Source of the DNA: Verrucomicrobiota bacterium
Lineage (GTDB): Bacteria; Verrucomicrobiota; Verrucomicrobiia; Palsa-1439
NCBI GenBank assembly: GCA_003152315.1
Contig: PLZV01000053.1
Span: 48,931-112,930, forward strand
DNA length: 64,000 bases
Direction of reading: 5' to 3'
Position 1 is the stretch's first letter. Every line of letters starts with the position of its first letter. The translations under genes were made by a program, and so were the position numbers. The notes below the pieces were generated by a model. That model searched no databases. It saw only the letters and a program-made list of their open reading frames with translations, and was not told where the DNA came from. Below are positions 28,672 through 38,229 of this stretch, piece after piece.

Positions 28672-30021
28672 TTATTTGTCTCGGGGTGTTCGCCGCGTCA
28701 CACCGCCGGAGAATCCACTGGTGTGGGGACTGACGAGTTGGAAATCCGGGTAGCCGACCAGTCCGGTCTCGGGAATATCCAAGCCTTCCAACTCAACCTC
28801 CGGCACGACGCGCATCGGGATGAACTTGTCGGCAATTTTCAGAAAGATCCAGGAGAACCCACCGGCCCACAGCAGCAGCGCGGCGCACCCGACGACCTGC
28901 GCGCCGAGTTGACCCCAGTCGCCGTGCAGGCAACCTTTCACGGAGTCGCTGTTGGCGAAAATGCCCACAGCCAAAACTCCCCATAACCCGCTCACGCCAT
29001 GCACCGAAATCGCGCCCACGGGATCGTCAATGCGCCACTTGTCGAAAAACTGGACGGACACGCAGATGAGTAAACCAGCAACTGCGCCCGTGATCACGGC
29101 GACGGTTGGACTGATGTACGCAGCGGATGCCGAACTCGCGACCAGTCCCGCCAGCAAACCATTGAGGCTGATCGTCGGATCCGGCTTGCGAGTGGTCATA
29201 ATCATGTACGTTGCGGCGACGATGGCCCCACTTGCCCCAGCGAGGAGTGTTACCGCTGCGATCAACGCAGCGGATTCGGGCCCCCGGCCCGCGTTAAAGC
29301 CCAGCCAGCCAATCGCAAGCAGGAAACTACCGAGCAATGACAAGGGAATGTTGTGTGCGGTGATTGGGAGCACGGCCCCGCTCTTGTTGTAACGACCGAT
29401 GCGCGGTCCCAAGACCGTGGCTCCGGCCAGCGCGAAAAGGCCACCCACTCCATGAACGACGCCCGAGCCGGCAAAGTCCACGTATCCCAACCGCGCGAGC
29501 CAACCGTCTTGCCACGCCCAGAGGGCGAAGAGCGGAAACAACAGCAACGAAATAAACAGGGTGCAAAGATAAAAATTTTTTAGACTCCAGCGTTCGGCCA
29601 GCGCGCCGACCGGGATGCTGACAGTCACGCACAACAGCGCTACCTTCCAGAAAAACGGTCCGAATTTGGCCGGATCATTGCCAAGGTGACGGAGGAAAAA
29701 ACCACTGCCACCGCGCATTACGGCAAACCCGCCGATCCAAAAGCCGACAATCGCAATCGCGCAACCGAAAAAGGTCATAAAGGCGGTGTGTGATGCGTTT
29801 TTGGCGCGCGTCAACCCTGTCGCCAGCATCGCCAGGCCGGCGGGCATGAAAAAAACCAGGGAACCCGTGAAGAATTGCCAGAGCACGACCGGATTCTCTA
29901 CCGTTGGGGGTCCAATGGCAATCTCAATGGCATGGGCAGTTGACCCCGGCAGGACGCTGGAGAGCGTCACTGCCAGGGCCAAAATGCCGAACGTCTTGAA
30001 GGCCTGGCCTTTCAGCCGCAT
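28672..30021 (-). CDS. amtB: Ammonium transporter
   Basis: 449 aa, polytopic. It has the Amt signatures DFAGSGVVHGVGG and AISVHGVSGLWGVLAVG. Confidence 0.9.
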   Translation of the reverse strand: MRLKGQAFKTFGILALAVTLSSVLPGSTAHAIEIAIGPPTVENPVVLWQFFTGSLVFFMPAGLAMLATGLTRAKNASHTAFMTFFGCAIAIVGFWIGGFAVMRGGSGFFLRHLGNDPAKFGPFFWKVALLCVTVSIPVGALAERWSLKNFYLCTLFISLLLFPLFALWAWQDGWLARLGYVDFAGSGVVHGVGGLFALAGATVLGPRIGRYNKSGAVLPITAHNIPLSLLGSFLLAIGWLGFNAGRGPESAALIAAVTLLAGASGAIVAATYMIMTTRKPDPTISLNGLLAGLVASSASAAYISPTVAVITGAVAGLLICVSVQFFDKWRIDDPVGAISVHGVSGLWGVLAVGIFANSDSVKGCLHGDWGQLGAQVVGCAALLLWAGGFSWIFLKIADKFIPMRVVPEVELEGLDIPETGLVGYPDFQLVSPHTSGFSGGVTRRTPRDK

Positions 30022-30049
30022 ACCATTTCACGATTACTTCCGCTCACCA

Positions 30050-31339
30050 TTAGAACAGATAGGCTACGCCCATGCCCAGCGTGAACTGGTCGCGGTTGCC
30101 GTTGAACGTACCCGGCTCGTCTGAATGATCCCAGCGGATTTCAGGACGGATCTGAACGTTGTCAATGGGCTTCAGATTTAACGTTAACGTTGAACTGTAT
30201 AGTTCTGGACCGCCGCCTGGAGCGAAGACCGGAAACCCTGCTACGCCGCTGGTGCGTGCGCCGTCCTTGTCCCTCAGGTAATCCTGACGGAAGGCCAGCT
30301 CGATTTTGTCCGTGAAGTCGTAGGTCAACCAGAGACCAGCGGCAGCCCATTCGGAAGTGCCAAGGTCGACGACTTTTTGCTCGCGACCGTAGTCCAATTG
30401 GATGTTGCTGTTGAGCTTATCCGTAAACTTGTGGGTTGCAACCAACTCTACGCCGTCGCGCCAATTACCGGTCGTGCCTCCACCACCCCCGAGTACGGTC
30501 GTCTGTTCTGGGCCACCGTAACCCAAAACGGCAACGGTCGTATTGGAGTCGATCGCATATCCGAGGCGACCCATGAACGACAGGGCCGAGTTATTGTCGG
30601 GCAGTTGATCCCAGCCATTGAACACCACAAACTCCGTGTCGAGCTTGTCGTTCCACTTATAGGCCAATTGGACGCCCGTTTGGGTGAAGTTCTCCACGAA
30701 GAGGAATTGGTTGCCCTCCGACCAGTTCGGGTTGGCTACCTCCTCGATGACTTCCACACCCATGAGTGTCACCGTCTTGCCGACGATGACCTTTAGCCCG
30801 TTGCCGATCGGGATGTTGATGTCGACAAACGCCTGTTCCAGGTCGCCATCCGTCCCCAGGTTGAAGCCGGAGGAATGGATCACTGCGGCGTCTTGACCGA
30901 AGACCAAGTCCGCCCGGTAGCCAGCGGCCCAGTTCGTGGGGTTGTAGTCGATGGGTTTCTCCAATGCCAATTTGAACTTATTCAGAGAGAACTGGTTGGC
31001 ATGCGTGTCAAACGTGCGTCCGTCCACCGTTCGTGTGCCATGAGTATTTTCGACGTCGTACAGATAGGACGCCGATACGAAGCCGGAGATCTCGGTTTGA
31101 CCGAGAAAGTCCAAGGACTTCTGCGGAATGTCCGCCTTGGCCACCGCGAGATTCTGCGTGCTGATGCCTTCCAGTGAAGAGACCCGCTTCTCCAGGTCGT
31201 CGTTACGCTTCTTTTGTTCCTCGTAGAGAGTCTTGTAGTCCGCATCGTCCGCGTGGACGACAGGAACGCCTCTCATGATCAGCACCGCCGCAGCAATGCC
31301 AATCCACACGGCCTTACATTGTTTGGTCCTCACCTTCAT
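30050..31339 (-). CDS. Outer-membrane beta-barrel porin with an N-terminal coiled-coil, first gene of the amtB operon
   Basis: 429 aa with a signal peptide, a coiled segment YKTLYEEQKKRNDDLEKRVSSLE, alternating beta-strand patterns, and a C-terminal GVAYLF (terminal Phe). Confidence 0.7.
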   Translation of the reverse strand: MKVRTKQCKAVWIGIAAAVLIMRGVPVVHADDADYKTLYEEQKKRNDDLEKRVSSLEGISTQNLAVAKADIPQKSLDFLGQTEISGFVSASYLYDVENTHGTRTVDGRTFDTHANQFSLNKFKLALEKPIDYNPTNWAAGYRADLVFGQDAAVIHSSGFNLGTDGDLEQAFVDINIPIGNGLKVIVGKTVTLMGVEVIEEVANPNWSEGNQFLFVENFTQTGVQLAYKWNDKLDTEFVVFNGWDQLPDNNSALSFMGRLGYAIDSNTTVAVLGYGGPEQTTVLGGGGGTTGNWRDGVELVATHKFTDKLNSNIQLDYGREQKVVDLGTSEWAAAGLWLTYDFTDKIELAFRQDYLRDKDGARTSGVAGFPVFAPGGGPELYSSTLTLNLKPIDNVQIRPEIRWDHSDEPGTFNGNRDQFTLGMGVAYLF

Positions 31340-31573
31340 CTCCTCCGTTTATTGGGTTAGTATGTTGGACTTCTGCGTCTTCGTCGGCTACTCCAAGGCT
31401 ACGCGGTCACGTGATATTTTGGTCGTGACCCCACAGCACCGAGGCATACCCACAACATCCCGTCGTGATAGCAGACGGGGATTCCGACAGCGGTTGTGGT
31501 TGCGCCTGAACCTGGGCGAAAACACAGGAACACGACACCGCTGCAGGAAACAAGCCTCGCATGCCGCGAGTGT

Positions 31574-31589
31574 TTGCAGTCCCTATGCC
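31574..31589 (-). promoter_or_regulatory. Sigma54-type -24/-12 promoter for porin-amtB-glnK
   Basis: The minus strand reads TGGCATAGGGACTGCA, compared with the consensus TGGCAC-N5-TTGCA. The GG and GC are in canonical spacing. It lies about 235 nt upstream of the porin ATG. Confidence 0.5.
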
Positions 31590-31677
31590 ATCTGTTTTGA
31601 TGAAATGCGCAACACATTATTTAGTAGCTAGTTATGTTGATTCTCTCACTTCGATTTGACCTCGTCTTCGGCTGGTT

Positions 31678-31694
31678 GTTGACCAGCTTGGTCA
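31678..31694. promoter_or_regulatory. Palindromic candidate enhancer (UAS) upstream of the sigma54 promoter
   Basis: TTGACCAGCTTGGTCAA has 7-bp inverted arms with a 3-bp spacer. It lies about 90-105 bp upstream of the -24/-12 element. Confidence 0.35.
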
Positions 31695-31726
31695 AATAAC
31701 AACAGCGTCGGTTTTGGGGAGACGCG

Positions 31727-33514
31727 TCACCGCGGATGATGAAAAATGAGCAGGAGAATAAAGAAAAGGATGACGAGCGCTGGGATGAGCAGCGCGAGGA
31801 TCATGCTCCGGTTTTTGCGCCAGCCTTGTTTCCAAGGGACCTGGGCCTGCAACCGCTCGGAGCGGCCGGTGACTGTCACGGTGTCGGGGTTATCGATTTC
31901 AGTCTTCATCTCCGCGGCTGAAGTGTAACGCTTGGCGGGATCGCGTTCCATCGCGTGCAGGATGATCTCTTCAATTTGCGGGGACAGTTCCGGGTTTACC
32001 TTCCGCGGCGCGACGGGATCACTAATGAGGCGGGCGTTCATGATGACAAGCGGGTTCTCGCCTTCGAAGGGCTGGCGGCCGGTGAGCATTTCGTAAAGGA
32101 TGGCCCCAAGGCTGTAGATGTCCGTGCGCGCATCACCGCGTTTGCCCTTGACCTGTTCGGGCGCCATGTAATCGGGCGTGCCCATCGCGGGCGTGAAACC
32201 CGTGTAGGTGATGCGCCGGCCCTCGCCACCACGAGCAATGCCGAAGTCCATGAGCCGAATCGTACCGTCGTAGCACATCATGATGTTCTGCGGTTTGAGG
32301 TCGCGATGGATGACGCCCTGTTCGTGAAGGTAGGCAAGCGTGTCGCAGATGCGACTGCCGAGTTTCAAGGCATCGGCAACCGGCATGGGGCGGACACTGG
32401 TGAGCAGGTGGGCGAGCGTGTAGCCGCGCAGATACTCGGTGACGATGTACGGGCGCGACTTCTTCTCCACAGGAATGAACTTGAGGATACTGGGATGATT
32501 GAGTTTCAAGCCGATTTCCTCCTCGCGCTGAAAACGGGCGAAGAAACCAGGGTCACTTTCAAACTGCATGAACGGTACTTTCACGGCGACCATCTGCTTT
32601 GTCTGTCGGTCCGTGGCGCGGTAGATGGTTGCCATGCCACTGCGGCTGATCATCTCATGGATGAAGAAGCGGTCGTCGAGAAGCTGACCCGCTTCGACTT
32701 CACCGCTGACGGGTTTTTCCGCGGGGGCGCGGTACATCGGCACGCCGCGGTAATAACCGACGGCCTCGATCTCATCGATTTGAATCACCTGGGCCGAGAC
32801 GTTGTCCTCGCTCCCGCGTTGTTCAGCGAGAGCGACGAGCTGGCGGCAGGCTGGAGCGGGCGCGTACCGGCCCACAATATCGCAAATCTCGCCGTCCTCC
32901 ACGCAGGTGTGCAGGCCGTCCGAGCACAAGACGATCCGGTCGCCCTTCTGGACGGCGACATCCTCGACGTCCACGCGAATCACCGGTTCTTGTCCGACAC
33001 TCCGGGTGAGAATCGAGCGGTTTTCACTGTGTTTCGCATCTTCCTCGCTGATGAGGCCGAATTTGCGCTGCATGGCGACGTAGGAATGGTCGGTTGAGAT
33101 TTGCTTGATCTCCCCTCGACGCGCGAGATAGACGCGAGAATCACCGACGTTACCGACAGTGACGTGGTCGTTGCGCAACATGGCGATGGCCAGCGTGGTG
33201 GCCATGCGCTCGACCCCGTGGTTTTCCATGCCTTTGTCATAGACGGCGAGGTTGGCGGCATTGAAGATCTGCGTGAGCAACTGCTGTGGGGACACGTCTC
33301 CCTGGGTTTCGCGGAAGACCTTCAGTGCTTCTTCCACCGCGAGGCGGCTGGCGACCTCGCCACGCCCTTGACCACCAACGCCATCCGCCAGCACGGCGAT
33401 GGCGCCGCGATTGCGTTTTTCCTCGAGTGTTTCCGGTTGCCAGAAGCCGACGTAGTCCTCGTTGTGTGGACGGACAGTGCCGGCGGAAGAGAGTTCTGCG
33501 TAGGTCAGTTCCAT
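31727..33514 (-). CDS. Bifunctional PP2C phosphatase / Ser-Thr protein kinase fusion with a C-terminal TM anchor
   Basis: 595 aa. The N-terminal PP2C part has RPHNEDY, LADGVGG, LCSDGL and GSEDNVS. The kinase part has VAVKVP, HRDLKPQNIMM, DFGIA and GTPDYMAPEQ. The C-terminal helix is MILALLIPALVILFFILLLIF. Confidence 0.85.
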   Translation of the reverse strand: MELTYAELSSAGTVRPHNEDYVGFWQPETLEEKRNRGAIAVLADGVGGQGRGEVASRLAVEEALKVFRETQGDVSPQQLLTQIFNAANLAVYDKGMENHGVERMATTLAIAMLRNDHVTVGNVGDSRVYLARRGEIKQISTDHSYVAMQRKFGLISEEDAKHSENRSILTRSVGQEPVIRVDVEDVAVQKGDRIVLCSDGLHTCVEDGEICDIVGRYAPAPACRQLVALAEQRGSEDNVSAQVIQIDEIEAVGYYRGVPMYRAPAEKPVSGEVEAGQLLDDRFFIHEMISRSGMATIYRATDRQTKQMVAVKVPFMQFESDPGFFARFQREEEIGLKLNHPSILKFIPVEKKSRPYIVTEYLRGYTLAHLLTSVRPMPVADALKLGSRICDTLAYLHEQGVIHRDLKPQNIMMCYDGTIRLMDFGIARGGEGRRITYTGFTPAMGTPDYMAPEQVKGKRGDARTDIYSLGAILYEMLTGRQPFEGENPLVIMNARLISDPVAPRKVNPELSPQIEEIILHAMERDPAKRYTSAAEMKTEIDNPDTVTVTGRSERLQAQVPWKQGWRKNRSMILALLIPALVILFFILLLIFHHPR

Positions 33515-33633
33515 GCCGTTGCGCCGCTCACGCTACCTGTAGGCCATCCTTGATGCAAGCCAGATGAAAAGGGAAACGGTCGTCCCGATCCAATCGGGAC
33601 GACCGTCTCGAACCAATACCAGTCGTGCCTGGA

Positions 33634-35607
33634 TTACAGCGCCATCGCTGTTACTGCCGGCTTGCTGGTGAGTATCTTCTCGCGGCCCTTGGCCTTGCTG
33701 GACTTGGCGAAGTAGAACGCCCCATAGACACCCCAGAGGCCGCAGACACCGAGGGCGATATACGGTTCCTTCACACTCATGCCGGCAACCGTGAACGGAC
33801 CGATCAGATAGAACAGCATACAGGCGAGGTTCGCCACCAGCCCGAAGAGCGGAACAAACAGATGTTTGAACCCGTTAAACATCTGGTGCTCTTTGAAGGC
33901 CACCATCGCGGTGATGCAGGTGATCATGTAGAGTAGAAACGTGCCGAAGTTACTGATCAGTGTGACGATGACCAGCGAGTTGGGCAACTTGGTATACGTC
34001 TCCGGCTTGAAGATACCGAAGCTGTACCAGATGTTGTGATACTTCGGATCCAACGCCGAAGGTGTCGTTCCTCCCAAGTAGACCACGACGGTGATCATGC
34101 CGATGACCGCCGAGAGCACGGCCAACGTCCAGATCGCGCGATAGGGTGAGAGGGTTTTGCCATGCAACAAACCGAAGTGCGAAGGCACTTCTTCATCGCG
34201 ACCCATGGCGTAGGTCACACGCGCGCCCGTATTGAGGCAGGACAACGTCGTGCCGATCAATGCCAGGAACACGGTGAACGCTTGCACGAGCATGAACGCC
34301 CGGCCCGCCGCATAGCTGCCGAACATCCAACTGCCAACGATGACCATCATGTCGCCGATCGGCGCGCCCGACGCACCCGCGTTCGGCAAGGTGTAGCCAT
34401 TGTGCAGGAAGTAGTTGGCCGCGAAGTATTCAAAGAGGTAGCAGAAACCGCCCTGAATCGCCAAAGACAGGAGCACCGCCCAGGGGATGTGCCTCTTTGG
34501 ATCCTTCGCCTCTTCGCCCATCGACGTGACAGACTCAAATCCGACCAGGATAAGAATCGCCACGCACGCCTGGATGAACACCAGGTTGAATCCATGCGGG
34601 GCGATAACGGACTTGGCATCCTTATGCCAGTTGAAGGTCGTGACCTTGGTCGCCGGATCCGTTGTTGTGCCTCCGTCCGCGCCATAGTCAACAGTAAAGG
34701 GCGCTGCAAGCTTGAGATCGGTTACCGGCTTGCCGTCCTTGTCAGCCCCGACGGGATTACCATCCTTGTCCTGCGAGTCCTGCATTTGCATCTGGTAGAC
34801 CGGTTGGCCCTTGTCATCAAGGACCGGCTTGTTGTTGGCATCCAGTTGCGGCGTGGGTTTGCCGTTGGAATCCAGCACGGGTTGCGGAACGCCCTTGTCG
34901 TCTTTCACGACTTCTTGGGCGACCTGATAAGGCACCGCAACGCCGTTGGACAAGTGCCAGCCCTGCGCCCCTTGCGCGTGCTGGAGGCGATAGCTGATGG
35001 CAATCACACTGAATACCAGCAACGCGGTGATCTGAATGACATTAATCGCCATACCGACACCCGTTGAGCCAACGACCCCGCGGTAGGCGATGTAAGCCAC
35101 GCCGAACGCGAACACGAGGCAGAACAGAAACATGAACAGGGGGCTATTGTACGAGCCACTAAACGTGTCCGGCCAAAACTGATTTAACAAATACCCTCCC
35201 AGAAGCGCCGTCACGCCCACCATACATCCAGGATACACCCAATAATACAAGTGACTGGCCCATCCTGTGATGAATTTGGCGAGCCGGGCGAACTTATACG
35301 CGTGCGTCTTGGACAGAAACGCCTGCTCCGCGTAGAGATACGACGAGCCGGCGCCGGGGTACAGCTTGGACAATTCCGCGTAGCTGATCGCCGTCGCGAA
35401 GCACAACAGCAACGCCGCCACGATGCCGAACCACATCGCTCCGCCTGCCATCGGCGCTCCATACAGGGCTTGAATCTGATAGGTCAACCACAAGAACGCG
35501 CCCGGCGCGATCAACGCCATCGCGTTCGACGTCAGACCCGTCAGCCCGAGCGTTCCTGTCGTCTGGGGTTTCTTTTCTCCCCCACCGGATGTTGGTACCG
35601 TTGCCAT
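33634..35607 (-). CDS. APC-family amino acid/polyamine permease with a large hydrophilic loop insertion
   Basis: 657 aa, polytopic. A hydrophilic insert of about 120 aa (QEVVKDDKGVPQPVLDSNGKPTPQLDANNKPVLDDKGQPV...DKDGNPVGADKDGKPV) carries repeated D-x-x-G-K/Q-P-V units. Confidence 0.7.
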   Translation of the reverse strand: MATVPTSGGGEKKPQTTGTLGLTGLTSNAMALIAPGAFLWLTYQIQALYGAPMAGGAMWFGIVAALLLCFATAISYAELSKLYPGAGSSYLYAEQAFLSKTHAYKFARLAKFITGWASHLYYWVYPGCMVGVTALLGGYLLNQFWPDTFSGSYNSPLFMFLFCLVFAFGVAYIAYRGVVGSTGVGMAINVIQITALLVFSVIAISYRLQHAQGAQGWHLSNGVAVPYQVAQEVVKDDKGVPQPVLDSNGKPTPQLDANNKPVLDDKGQPVYQMQMQDSQDKDGNPVGADKDGKPVTDLKLAAPFTVDYGADGGTTTDPATKVTTFNWHKDAKSVIAPHGFNLVFIQACVAILILVGFESVTSMGEEAKDPKRHIPWAVLLSLAIQGGFCYLFEYFAANYFLHNGYTLPNAGASGAPIGDMMVIVGSWMFGSYAAGRAFMLVQAFTVFLALIGTTLSCLNTGARVTYAMGRDEEVPSHFGLLHGKTLSPYRAIWTLAVLSAVIGMITVVVYLGGTTPSALDPKYHNIWYSFGIFKPETYTKLPNSLVIVTLISNFGTFLLYMITCITAMVAFKEHQMFNGFKHLFVPLFGLVANLACMLFYLIGPFTVAGMSVKEPYIALGVCGLWGVYGAFYFAKSSKAKGREKILTSKPAVTAMAL

Positions 35608-35740
35608 TTTGGTCTCCTTAGCTCTACAGGTTTTTATTTTTCCTTAATTCGCCGACTGTTACGCGTCGTCGCTGCCTGACATGCCGACCGCCGTAATCAT
35701 CGTCGAAGCGCATCCACACACTCGCCTGCGCCAACCGTTT

Positions 35741-35756
35741 AGCGTCAGGCGTGCCA
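35741..35756 (-). promoter_or_regulatory. Possible sigma54-type promoter for the APC permease
   Basis: The minus strand reads TGGCACGCCTGACGCT. GG-N10-GC spacing is kept but the -12 flank is weak. It lies 134 nt upstream of the ATG. Confidence 0.3.
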
Positions 35757-35960
35757 GCGATGGAACGCGCATTAAAAAACCATTAAGAGCCAACGGGTTT
35801 CGTAAACTGCATTCGGGAGTGAATTGCCCGTCAATAGGAGGTTGTTAGCCACCGTGGTCAAAACGGGCCACAGCCTCTCACGACAAACAGGGTATACCCT
35901 GTCAAGTTGCTGTTCGTTGTTTTACGTCTGGAGTTTCCGGACTCTTTCATGCAAATTGGA

Positions 35961-36022
35961 CGGCGGCGATGGGGTTCCGCCTGCAACCGTCCTGGATGTT
36001 TTTGGGACTGATGACTCCTACC
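35961..36022 (+). promoter_or_regulatory. Fluoride riboswitch (crcB motif)
   Basis: The sequence GGCGGCGAUGGGGUUCCGCCUGCAACCGUCCUGGAUGUUUUUGGGACUGAUGACUCCUACC matches the conserved GGCGAUGG..UUC.GCC...AACCG.C...CUGAUGA.UCCUAC core. It lies directly upstream of crcB. Confidence 0.85.
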
Positions 36023-36039
36023 ACTGCGCAGAGGTTGAC

Positions 36040-36468
36040 ATGTTTAGATTGTTGCTGCTGTTTTTTGGTGGGGCGCTCGGCACGCTGGCCCGTTACGGGC
36101 TTAACGGCGTCATTTCCGAGCATCAGTCGAAACACTATCCGTGGGCGGTAGTCTTTCCGCTCGGCACGCTTCTCGTCAATGTTAGCGGCTGCTTTGCCAT
36201 CGGGGTGATCGCCGCTATCAGCGGCCCGGCGACGGGACGCGCGTGGCTCAAACCCGAGTGGCGCGACTTCCTCATGATCGGCTTCTGCGGAGGTTATACC
36301 ACGTTTTCCAGTTACGGACTGCAGACGCTCAATCTCGCGCGCGACGGCGAATGGTTGGCAGTCACGCTGAATATCGTCGGCTCCAACGTGCTCGGCCTGT
36401 TCGCCGTCTATCTCGGCTGGGTCTGCGGTCGTGCGCTGCAGGCGAAACTCCATGGAGGTGCACTATGA
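36040..36468 (+). CDS. crcB: Fluoride ion channel CrcB/Fluc
   Basis: The ATG at 36040 gives MFRLLLLFFGGALGTLARYGL...LLVNVSGCFAIG...FCGGYTTFSSY, which are canonical CrcB motifs. The track ORF from 35824 is over-extended across the riboswitch. Confidence 0.9.
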   Translation: MFRLLLLFFGGALGTLARYGLNGVISEHQSKHYPWAVVFPLGTLLVNVSGCFAIGVIAAISGPATGRAWLKPEWRDFLMIGFCGGYTTFSSYGLQTLNLARDGEWLAVTLNIVGSNVLGLFAVYLGWVCGRALQAKLHGGAL

Positions 36469-36806
36469 AACTCGAAGGCGAAGGCTCACTCTTACGTATT
36501 TACCTTGGCGAACTTGACAAGTGGCACCACCAGCCGCTCTATGAGGCCATTGTGCTCAAGGCGCGCGAGATGGGGCTCGCCGGTGCGACGGTGCTGCGTG
36601 GCCCGATGGGGTTCGGCGCCAACTCACACCTGCACACCGCAAAAATCCTCCGACTCAGTGAAGATTTGCCGATCCTGATCGAGATCGTCGACAAGGAAGA
36701 GAGGATCAACGCATTCCTACCCGAACTCGACAAGATCATGGGTGACGGCCTCGTCACTCTCGAAAAAGTGCATATCATCCGCTATCGCGGTACCGCGCCA
36801 TCTTAA
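36465..36806 (+). CDS. DUF190 (PII-like) protein commonly paired with crcB
   Basis: The ATG at 36465 overlaps the crcB stop. The sequence is MKLEGEGSLLRIYLGELDKWHHQPLYEAIVLKAREMGLAGATVLRGPMGFG. Confidence 0.75.
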   Translation: MKLEGEGSLLRIYLGELDKWHHQPLYEAIVLKAREMGLAGATVLRGPMGFGANSHLHTAKILRLSEDLPILIEIVDKEERINAFLPELDKIMGDGLVTLEKVHIIRYRGTAPS

Positions 36807-36821
36807 AACCAACTCTCCGAC

Positions 36822-37112
36822 ATGCGGCCAGCCTACCATTCCATTACCAGACATACGACGTTTCGACTCAATGCCCCGGAGGCGCAAGAGGTCCGGGTGC
36901 TCGTCTGTTTGGTCAAAGATGATGCGAAACCAATAACCCGCGTCTTGCGCAAGGGCCACGATGGTGTCTGGAGTCTTCGGATGGAACTTCCGCGGGGGAG
37001 ATACGTCTATCGCTTTCTGGTGGACGGCGCTCCCACACTCGATCCGTCCGCGCGCATTGATGTGGAGGACGATCAGGGCGGCAAGTGGAGCATGCGCGAG
37101 ATCGGGCATTGA
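36822..37112 (+). CDS. Small E-set/CBM48 (glycogen-binding, AMPK beta-like) domain protein
   Basis: 96 aa. The pattern FRLNAPEAQEVRVL...DGVWSLRMELPRGRYVYRFLVDG is typical of this domain. Confidence 0.6.
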   Translation: MRPAYHSITRHTTFRLNAPEAQEVRVLVCLVKDDAKPITRVLRKGHDGVWSLRMELPRGRYVYRFLVDGAPTLDPSARIDVEDDQGGKWSMREIGH

Positions 37113-37225
37113 AGCGCGTGCTGGACAGCGAGCCATCGCAAATGGGGACGCATTGATACCTGTGCTGGGCTTTTTCGTTGCTGCGTGCATGGCGAGGCGT
37201 TACAAGACAGGGAGCGAGAATTGTC

Positions 37226-38227
37226 ATGAGTGAACCGATTCGTGTAATTCAATATGGACTGGGGGCCATCGGGCGCGCCGCGGCGCGGTTGGCGCTAAGC
37301 CGACCGGGTATCGAAGTGGTTGGGGCGATCGATCGTGATCCAACGTTGGCCGGCAGGGATCTCGGCGAAGTGCTCAGCCTTGACCGCAAGCTTGGCGTGG
37401 CCGTGACTGACAAGCCGGTCATTCTGTTTGCGCAGACGCGGGCCGATGTGGTGATTCATTGCACAACGTCGAGTTTTGTCGAAGCCTACGAGCAACTCAC
37501 TGAAATCGTGCGCGCGGGTCTGCATTGCGTGACTTCTTGCGAGGAGGCGTTGTTCCCGTACTACCGGCACAAGCTGCTGGCGGGGAAGTTGGACGATTTA
37601 TGCATTCAGAAATCCGCGGCTGTGGTCGGCACGGGCGTGAATCCGGGTTTGGTGATGGACACACTGGCGCTGCTGCTGACGATGGCCTGCCAAAGTATCG
37701 AAGCCGTCCGTGTGCTGCGCGTGGTCGATGCCGGGACACGGCGCGAGGCGCTGCAACGGAAGGTGGGCGCGGCCTTGAGCGAAGAGGAATTCAAGGCGCG
37801 AAGTGAGCAACGCAAGGTCGGCCATGTCGGCCTGGCGGAATCGCTGGCTTTTCTCGCGGACGGGCTGGGTTGGGCGGTGGACGAACTGAAGGAGAGCCTC
37901 GATCCCGTGATCGCCAGCAAGGCAATCAAGACGGAGTTTCTGAGCGTGGCCGAAGGTGGTGTCGCGGGCGTGCGCCAGTTTGCCCGGGGACTACGCGGCG
38001 GCAAGGAAGTGCTGACGCTGGAATTGCAGATGTATGTGGGCGCGCCGAATCCGCGTGATGTGATCGAAATCGTCGGCGAACCGCCGTTGCGGCTGGTGAT
38101 CGAGGGCGGAGTGCCCGGCGATGTGGCCACGCCAGCCATTCTGGTGAACACACTTTCCCGTCTGGTGGAATGTCGACCCGGCTTGCACACGATGCGCACA
38201 CTCGGCCTGCCGCGAATGGCACTATAA
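37226..38227 (+). CDS. NAD(P)-dependent DapB-like amine dehydrogenase / dihydrodipicolinate reductase-family protein
   Basis: The ATG at 37226 gives MSEPIRVIQYGLGAIGRAAARL, a Rossmann GxGxxG motif. The length and the C-terminal fold pattern resemble the 2,4-diaminopentanoate dehydrogenase family. Confidence 0.55.
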   Translation: MSEPIRVIQYGLGAIGRAAARLALSRPGIEVVGAIDRDPTLAGRDLGEVLSLDRKLGVAVTDKPVILFAQTRADVVIHCTTSSFVEAYEQLTEIVRAGLHCVTSCEEALFPYYRHKLLAGKLDDLCIQKSAAVVGTGVNPGLVMDTLALLLTMACQSIEAVRVLRVVDAGTRREALQRKVGAALSEEEFKARSEQRKVGHVGLAESLAFLADGLGWAVDELKESLDPVIASKAIKTEFLSVAEGGVAGVRQFARGLRGGKEVLTLELQMYVGAPNPRDVIEIVGEPPLRLVIEGGVPGDVATPAILVNTLSRLVECRPGLHTMRTLGLPRMAL

Positions 38228-38229
38228 GC

